From NCBI GenBank assembly GCA_014376535.1, contig JACMRH010000063.1, positions 1 to 63,969 of the forward strand: DNA of 63,969 nucleotides, read 5' to 3'. This DNA is from Cytophagales bacterium. GTDB taxonomy: Bacteria; Bacteroidota; Bacteroidia; Cytophagales; UBA9547. Each line of letters opens with the position of its first letter. Positions within the stretch are counted from its first letter, which is position 1. A program made the position numbers and the translations under genes. The notes under the pieces were generated by a model that worked only from the letters and a program-made list of their open reading frames with translations, made no database searches and was not told where the DNA came from. This document shows, in pieces, positions 57,861 to 63,969 of this stretch.

Positions 57861-60800
57861 CTACTTCGCCTTCCTCAAATCCAAAGTGTAAACATGTTCT
57901 TTGTCGATCACGGGTTTCACTACATCATATTTAGTAGGAGTTTCATTTGGAGCAATATATCGCGCAACGCCGGTATATTCCGGAGTTGGAATTAAGGTAT
58001 CCTGGGTATGGCCATTATCCCAGAACCTGTTGATTCTCCTTCCTTCGGCTTCATAAGAATTAACTGGGAAAGTTTCGTAAGATCTTCCTCCGGGGTGTGC
58101 CACATGGTAAGTACAACCAGCTATTGACCTGCTGTTCCACATATCAACAATGTCAAAAGTCAATGGAACATCCACCCCAACCGTTGAATGCAAAGCTGAA
58201 GGAGGTGCCCAGGCCTTATATTTTACACCAGCTACATATTCACCTTTTGTTCCTGTATTTCTCATTGGAACTCTGACTCCGTTACACATAATAGCATAGC
58301 GTTCTTCTGTGAAACCACGCACCTTTATTTGGATTTTTTCTACAGAAGAATCTACAAAACGGGCTGTACCACTATTGCTCATTTCCTCCCCCAAAACATT
58401 CCAGGGCTCAATTCCCATGCTCAGTTCCATTCTCATAGTACCAACATCTATTTTGCCATAAAAAGGAAAACGGAATTCGAAGAATGGTTCTAACCAGCTC
58501 ATTTTAAAGGGATAACCAGAATTGTTCAAATCATCTACCACTTGCTGCATATCTTCCCTTACATAATGTTCAAGTAGGAATTTATCATGCAGCTCTGTAC
58601 CCCAGCGTACAAGTTTATGTTTATAAGGTTCTTTCCAGAATCTTGCTATCAAAGTTCTGATCAGCAACAATTGAATCAGGCACATATGTTTGTGAGGAGG
58701 CATATCAAAACCCCGGAATTCCAGTATTCCCAATCTTCCGCTCGAAGAATCAGGAGAATATAATTTGTCAATACAGAACTCAGCCCGATGAGTATTGCCT
58801 GTAATATCAGTCAATAGATTTCGGAATATCCTGTCTACCATCCAAAATGGAACCTCTTCATTTTCAGGAATCTGATCAAAAGCTATTTCCAGTTCATAAA
58901 GCATTTCCTGACGTCCTTCATCAACCCTTGGTGCCTGACTTGTTGGACCAATAAAAGAGGTAGAGAATAAATAAGAAAGGCTAGGATGATGCTGCCAATA
59001 GGTGATCAAACTACGCAAAAGATCCGGCCTTCGTAAAACCGGGCTATCTGCAGGCGTTTTTCCTCCTATGGTAATATGGTTTCCTCCGCCGGTTCCGGTA
59101 TGCCTGCCATCCAGCATGAATTTTTCACTTCCCAGGCGGGATAATCTAGCCTGCTCATAAAGTTTATCATAATTAGAAACCAAATCGTCCCAGTTTTCAG
59201 CCGGATGAATATTGATTTCTAAAACCCCAGGATCCGGAGTTACCATCAATTTTGTTAACCTGTTGTCTTTAGGCGGATCATAACCCTCAATTCTCACAGG
59301 AATTTTAAGATCTTCAGCAGTAGCTTCAACTGAGGCCAATAAATCCAGATAATGCTCAAGGTAATCAAGAGGAGGCATAAAAATGTGCATAACACCCTCC
59401 CTCACCTCAATGCAAATTGCTTTTTTAACAGTAAATACTTCGTAAAGGGCTTCGCCTTCTTTTTCTGTTTCTTTGCTTTTTTTAGTGGTAAGCTGTTGTT
59501 TTCCGTATTTCAATGTGTCATTATCGTCCTCATCTGAAACAGAAACAGGATTTAATAATTGGGTTGGAATGCTTTCGTCAATAGGCTCGTTAATTCTTTG
59601 TTTTACTTTCAAATGATAATCAATCAATTCTGCAGTTTTTTCAAATAAACTGCGCTCTACAGGACGTTCATTTTTAGAAGGAGAAGAATAAGGGAGTGAT
59701 TCTAAAGGCAATCTTAATCCAACCGGAGAATTTCCAGGTATCAGGTATAAATTCGATCTCCGGAATGTCCATGCAGTACTTAGCCACCTTTCATTCCAGT
59801 AATTCCATTGCATAGGAAGAACATGGCCAACTGGTTTATCCAAATTATGTCCTAAAAGCTGAGCAAGTTTTTTTCGCTCCAATGGATCTTTTAAATTGTA
59901 TTTTAGAGGATCGATGTTTACCGGTAACCTCTCTTCTTCCCAAAGAAAATAAAAAATATCTTCGTAAGCAGGTGTGACATTTGAAGAATTTAAACCAAGA
60001 TATTCTGCCAGTCTCTTGCTGAACCTTAGCGAATCTTCATGAGTAAATTCCGTCTGGCTTTTATCCTGGGCAAGTAATTGTGGGTTTTTCCAGAGTGATT
60101 TTGAATCTTTGAGCCAATATAATGCCAATTGCCATCTTGGAAGTGGCTCGCCTGGGTACCATTTTCCTTGTCCATGATGAATAAGTCCATTTGTTCCAAA
60201 TTGATTCTTAAGCCTCATAATAAGGTCATTGGCAAGATACCTCTTATGTGCACCGTCAGCTGCCACATTCCATTGTTCCGACTCCATGTCGTCAATCGAA
60301 ACAAAAGTAGGTTCACCTCCCATGGTCAACCTCACATCATCTCTTGCCAATTGCTCATCCACTAATCTCCCCAGACCAATTGCTGCCGCCCATTCTTCTT
60401 CAGAATAAGGTTTAGAAACCCTAGGGTCTTCGTGAATCCGTGTAACAATATTACTGAACTGAAAATCAATAACTTCACACTTATCACTGTATCCGGTAAC
60501 AGGCGCAGCACTAACCGGATCGGGTGTACATGCTAAAGGAATGTGTCCTTCACCAGCCAACAAACCAGAAGTAGCATCCAAACCTACCCAACCCGCTCCA
60601 GGAATATAAACTTCCGCCCAGGCATGTAAATCAGTAAAATCTTTGTCAGTCCCGGATGGTCCATCAACTGCCTGCTGATCAGCCTTCAATTGTACAAGAT
60701 AGCCACTTACAAACCTGGCTGCCAAACCTAAATGTCTGAAAGCCTGGACTAAAACAAATGCAGAATCTCTGCACGATCCCAAAGCATTCCCAAGTGTTTC

Positions 60801-61313
60801 TTCACAGGTTTGAACCCCAGCCTCTAACCTTATAGTATAGTTGATTACTTGTGAAAGGTCCTGATTTAGTTTCACAAAGAAATCAATCGTATTCATTTCC
60901 TTGATATTTAAATAAGGCTCTAGCCATTTTTTCAATAATGGTCCTGATTCTTTTATTTCCAGATAAGGAAGAAGCTCCTTCTTTTGCTGCTCATCGTATA
61001 AAAAAGGAAACGTTTTTGCTGAATCCTCTATGAAAAAATCAAATGGATTTATTACGGTCATGTCGGCGATAAGCTCAACATCAAAACTAAATTCATTGGT
61101 CTGTTCCAAAAAAACTACCCTTGCCAGGTAATTTCCAAATGCATCTTGCTGCCAATTTATGAAATGTTTTTCAGGAACAATTTTAAGAGAATAGGACAAA
61201 ACCGGGGTTCTGCTGTGAACTGCTGGTCTTAATCTGAAAATATGAGGGGATAATGTAACGTACCTGTCGTATTTATAAGTCGTTTTATGAGAAATAGCAA
61301 TTCTTATTGACAT
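57861..61313 (-). CDS. Large transglutaminase family protein with C-terminal DUF2126-type region
   Basis: The N-terminus MSIRIAISHKTTYKYDR...HIFRLRP is Bact_transglu_N-like. Transglutaminase core GSCRDSAFVLVQAFRHLGLAARFVSGY ... DLHAWAEVYIPGAGWVGLDATSG. It is followed by about 800 aa that are DUF2126-like. Confidence 0.85.
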   Translation of the reverse strand: MSIRIAISHKTTYKYDRYVTLSPHIFRLRPAVHSRTPVLSYSLKIVPEKHFINWQQDAFGNYLARVVFLEQTNEFSFDVELIADMTVINPFDFFIEDSAKTFPFLYDEQQKKELLPYLEIKESGPLLKKWLEPYLNIKEMNTIDFFVKLNQDLSQVINYTIRLEAGVQTCEETLGNALGSCRDSAFVLVQAFRHLGLAARFVSGYLVQLKADQQAVDGPSGTDKDFTDLHAWAEVYIPGAGWVGLDATSGLLAGEGHIPLACTPDPVSAAPVTGYSDKCEVIDFQFSNIVTRIHEDPRVSKPYSEEEWAAAIGLGRLVDEQLARDDVRLTMGGEPTFVSIDDMESEQWNVAADGAHKRYLANDLIMRLKNQFGTNGLIHHGQGKWYPGEPLPRWQLALYWLKDSKSLWKNPQLLAQDKSQTEFTHEDSLRFSKRLAEYLGLNSSNVTPAYEDIFYFLWEEERLPVNIDPLKYNLKDPLERKKLAQLLGHNLDKPVGHVLPMQWNYWNERWLSTAWTFRRSNLYLIPGNSPVGLRLPLESLPYSSPSKNERPVERSLFEKTAELIDYHLKVKQRINEPIDESIPTQLLNPVSVSDEDDNDTLKYGKQQLTTKKSKETEKEGEALYEVFTVKKAICIEVREGVMHIFMPPLDYLEHYLDLLASVEATAEDLKIPVRIEGYDPPKDNRLTKLMVTPDPGVLEINIHPAENWDDLVSNYDKLYEQARLSRLGSEKFMLDGRHTGTGGGNHITIGGKTPADSPVLRRPDLLRSLITYWQHHPSLSYLFSTSFIGPTSQAPRVDEGRQEMLYELEIAFDQIPENEEVPFWMVDRIFRNLLTDITGNTHRAEFCIDKLYSPDSSSGRLGILEFRGFDMPPHKHMCLIQLLLIRTLIARFWKEPYKHKLVRWGTELHDKFLLEHYVREDMQQVVDDLNNSGYPFKMSWLEPFFEFRFPFYGKIDVGTMRMELSMGIEPWNVLGEEMSNSGTARFVDSSVEKIQIKVRGFTEERYAIMCNGVRVPMRNTGTKGEYVAGVKYKAWAPPSALHSTVGVDVPLTFDIVDMWNSRSIAGCTYHVAHPGGRSYETFPVNSYEAEGRRINRFWDNGHTQDTLIPTPEYTGVARYIAPNETPTKYDVVKPVIDKEHVYTLDLRKAK

Positions 61314-61464
61314 ATTTATTAAGGTTAGGCAAGTCTTAAAAATAAGGATTTATTAAATAGAATGAAACAAGATCATCAATGGATTTTTTATTAAAGGTAA
61401 AAGGATAAACTATTTGTATTTTTGTCTGATAATTAAGAATTTCAATTAAAATGATTGTTGCAAA

Positions 61465-62391
61465 ATGAAAGGGAGAGTCGTAAAATCTACGGGCTCCTGG
61501 TATGAGTTAGAAGAAGAGATTGATAAATATAGAGTAAAAGCAAGATTAAGAGGCATTTTTAAAATTGCAAATCTAAAAGTGACCAATCCAGTTGCAGTAG
61601 GAGATTGGGTGACTTTCGAAAAGGAAAGATCTGGAACTGGTGAGTATGAAATTTTAGAGATTCATCCTAGAGAAAACTACATAATCAGAAAATCTACGCA
61701 TAAAACTGCTCATGACCATCTTATAGCCTCAAATATTGATCAGGTACTTATTTTATTTACCTTATCTATGCCCCGTACTTCTGTTGGTTTTCTTGATCGG
61801 GCCTTAGTAACTGCTGAAGCATATAGAATACCAACAATAATTGGTTTCAATAAGTGTGATATATATAATGAGTCACAAAAGGAAAAGGTAAAAGAGATTA
61901 TACAAGTTTATAGAAAGATTGGGTATCCCTGTTATTTTATTAGTGCTCTTGAAAATATCGGAACCTCTGACATAAAAGATTGTTTAAAAGACCATGTGAC
62001 CTTAATTATGGGTCATTCAGGAGTAGGAAAATCTACTTTAATGAATACACTTTATCCTGGTTTGGATCTTAAAACATCAGAAGTGTCAAAATTCGCAGAG
62101 AAAGGCACTCATACAACCACATTTGCTGAAATGTTTGCATTGGACGAAGACACCTATATAATAGATACACCTGGAATAAAGGAATTAGGAATCAGTGAAA
62201 TAAAGGAAGGAGAATTGTCACATTACTTTCCTGAAATGAGAGCCATGATCGGAAAGTGCAGGTTTCACAATTGCCGCCACCTGAACGAACCAGATTGTGC
62301 TGTAATTGATGCAGTAAAATCTGGAGAAATTGAATACTTCCGATACGAGTCATATATAAGTATAATCACAGGAGAAGACAATCGCAAATAA
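61465..62391 (+). CDS. rsgA: Ribosome small subunit-dependent GTPase A
   Basis: Circularly permuted GTPase with NKCD, GHSGVGKSTLMN and DTPG, plus the C-terminal zinc motif CRFHNCRHLNEPDCAV. Confidence 0.93.
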   Translation: MKGRVVKSTGSWYELEEEIDKYRVKARLRGIFKIANLKVTNPVAVGDWVTFEKERSGTGEYEILEIHPRENYIIRKSTHKTAHDHLIASNIDQVLILFTLSMPRTSVGFLDRALVTAEAYRIPTIIGFNKCDIYNESQKEKVKEIIQVYRKIGYPCYFISALENIGTSDIKDCLKDHVTLIMGHSGVGKSTLMNTLYPGLDLKTSEVSKFAEKGTHTTTFAEMFALDEDTYIIDTPGIKELGISEIKEGELSHYFPEMRAMIGKCRFHNCRHLNEPDCAVIDAVKSGEIEYFRYESYISIITGEDNRK

Positions 62392-62421
62392 CGTTGACAA
62401 CGGTCAAAGACCTTGTCAACC
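62392..62421 (+). terminator. Hairpin immediately after the rsgA stop (9-bp inverted repeat CGTTGACAA / TTGTCAACG); no T-run
   Basis: Read directly from the sequence, with a 12-nt loop. It overlaps the shared word TTAACGGTTGACA on the minus strand. Confidence 0.3.
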
Positions 62422-62445
62422 GTTAAAATTATTAATTATATTAAA

Positions 62446-63534
62446 ATGCTAAAAGAACAAATTATAAAAGCCTTAAGTAAAGTAGAAGATCCCGATCTGA
62501 AAAAAGACCTGATATCTCTTAACATGATAGGCGATATTAAAATTGAAGATCAAAAGATCTATTTTACTGTAATCCTTACAACACCCGCTTGTCCGTTAAA
62601 AGAATTAATTAAATCTAATTGCATCAAAGCCATTGAAAAAGAAATCGGAAGTGATTATGAAATTCATATCACTATGACTTCTATTGTTACTTCTACAAGA
62701 TCTAATGCGCCATTATTGCCTGGAGTCAAAAATATAATAGCGATTGCCTCAGGAAAAGGTGGAGTGGGTAAATCAACAGTAACATCGAACCTGGCTGTGG
62801 CCTTGGCACAATCAGGAGCAAGAGTTGGAATAATTGATGCAGATATTTCAGGCCCATCTATACCCGTTATGTTTGGCTGTGAGTTAGAGAAACCTGAAAT
62901 AATAGTAGAAGATGGCAAAAACTATATCATTCCAATTGAAAGATTTGGAGTCAAACTTATTTCCATAGGATTTTTAACTCCAACAGACGGAGCTGTTGTT
63001 TGGCGCGGACCAATGGCCAGTTCTGCTCTGAAGCAATTTATTTCAGACTGCAAATGGGGCGAATTAGATTATTTACTGATCGATTTACCTCCTGGAACAA
63101 GCGACATCCATTTAACTTTAGTCCAAACTCTCCCAGTTACAGGTGCCATAATTGTTACTACCCCACAAAAAGTGGCCTTATCAGATGCCCAAAAGGGTTT
63201 AAATATGTTCACACAACCTCAGATCAATGTTCCTGTTTTAGGCATTGTTGAGAACATGGCCTATTTCACCCCCGCTGAACTTCCTGATAATAAGTATTAC
63301 ATATTTGGAAAGGATGGAGGTAAAATGCTTTCTGATAAATATGGTATAGATTTACTTGGACAGATACCTATCGTTCAAAGTATCAGAGAGGCGGGTGATG
63401 CCGGTAAACCAGTCGTGCTTCGGGATGAAATCACTTCTAAGGCATTTATGGATTTGTCTGAATGTGTTGCTCAAAAGGTTGCTATCCGGAATGCCACAAA
63501 ACAGAAAACAAATATTGTAGAAATAAGAAGGTAA
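62446..63534 (+). CDS. apbC: Mrp/NBP35 family Fe-S cluster carrier ATPase (ApbC)
   Basis: N-terminal MIP18/DUF59-like VEDPDLKKDLISLNMI and deviant Walker A SGKGGVGKST. I prefer the ATG at 62446 over the TTG at 62413. Confidence 0.9.
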   Translation: MLKEQIIKALSKVEDPDLKKDLISLNMIGDIKIEDQKIYFTVILTTPACPLKELIKSNCIKAIEKEIGSDYEIHITMTSIVTSTRSNAPLLPGVKNIIAIASGKGGVGKSTVTSNLAVALAQSGARVGIIDADISGPSIPVMFGCELEKPEIIVEDGKNYIIPIERFGVKLISIGFLTPTDGAVVWRGPMASSALKQFISDCKWGELDYLLIDLPPGTSDIHLTLVQTLPVTGAIIVTTPQKVALSDAQKGLNMFTQPQINVPVLGIVENMAYFTPAELPDNKYYIFGKDGGKMLSDKYGIDLLGQIPIVQSIREAGDAGKPVVLRDEITSKAFMDLSECVAQKVAIRNATKQKTNIVEIRR

Positions 63535-63561
63535 TACGAGTAGATTTAAATCAAAGGTTAA

Positions 63562-63594
63562 AGCCTATCCACTCGCACTGGATGGGCTTTTTTT
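63562..63594 (+). terminator. Rho-independent terminator after apbC
   Basis: AGCCTATCCA-7 nt-TGGATGGGCT (one G-U pair) followed by TTTTTTT. Confidence 0.7.
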
Positions 63595-63709
63595 ATGGTT
63601 AAAGGGGAAAATGTAGTCTTTCTAAAAAATATTTCTTTAGCAGGGACCTTCATTACCAAAGAGTTAAGTAATAGTTAATGGAAAAGGTATAAATATTTTG
63701 GGAGTAGGT

Positions 63710-63740
63710 ATTGCGGGGGGAGAAAAGTTGATTACCTTTG
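63710..63740 (+). promoter_or_regulatory. Candidate Bacteroidota sigma-A promoter for the rRNA operon
   Basis: TACCTTTG (63733-63740) fits the TAnnTTTG -7 element. ATTG at 63710-63713 lies 19 nt upstream as a weak -33 TTTG. The element sits about 190 nt upstream of the mature 16S 5' end. Confidence 0.35.
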
Positions 63741-63927
63741 CATCCCCAATCGGAAGGAAAGGGGTAAAAAGAGGGAAAACAGGGAGTATAAACGAACTGA
63801 AAACCACGTTTCACTTTAGGGTGAGGAAGTTCATTGAGGTAGGAGCTGCAGAGAGGCTTGAGGCCATCTGCGGCAGGAAAGACAAAATAGTAAAAATTAG
63901 GAACATTTAGGATATTAAAGATCCAAA

Positions 63928-63969
<42 letters not shown>

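Noticed and set aside
63698-63910. 70-aa ORF (MGVGIAGGEKLITF...) just upstream of 16S
   Set aside because: It lies within the purine-rich rRNA leader downstream of the candidate rrn promoter. Its composition (G/K/R/E-rich) reflects the leader sequence rather than a gene.

Overview
Visibly AT-rich chromosomal segment from a Bacteroidota bacterium. The assignment rests on T9SS type A C-terminal sorting domains, CarboxypepD_reg-type TonB-dependent receptors, a TAnnTTTG-type promoter element, and a 16S 5' end reading AGAGTTTGATCCTGGCTCAGGATGAACGCTAGCG at the right edge. About 55 protein genes are supported, mostly housekeeping or ordinary accessory functions: priA, katG, menB, ettA, tig-clpP-clpX, aroE, rsgA, apbC/mrp, two cytoplasmic GH13 enzymes, two TonB-dependent/OM barrel receptors, and one histidine kinase plus a receiver-only regulator. 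I recognised no transposase, integrase, CRISPR array or tRNA. Regions worth a second look: (1) a T9SS cargo island at 1-9628 with three divergent Asp-box beta-propeller paralogues and a fibre-like protein, downstream of a PorP/SprF-like barrel fragment; (2) two small secreted basic-tailed ORFs, each preceded at exactly 20 nt by the same 17-nt word TGGCATTGTTTTTTAAT, bracketing an OM channel / Zn-ribbon metallopeptidase pair (30349-32981); (3) a signal-peptide WD40-propeller-caspase fusion with a small membrane partner (49904-52670); (4) degenerate GTnnnnn heptanucleotide tandem arrays abutting start and stop codons at five or more intergenic sites, plus a shared word ACGGTTGACA at three sites; (5) a patatin/Omp85-like protein whose signal peptide is encoded in frame but lacks a canonical start codon; (6) an FMN-reductase pseudogene with three 1-nt indels beside katG; (7) a multi-stem structured region between convergent genes (about 45755-45890); (8) probable gene remnants in two long spacers. 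All family assignments come from motif recognition by eye and need HMM or BLAST confirmation.
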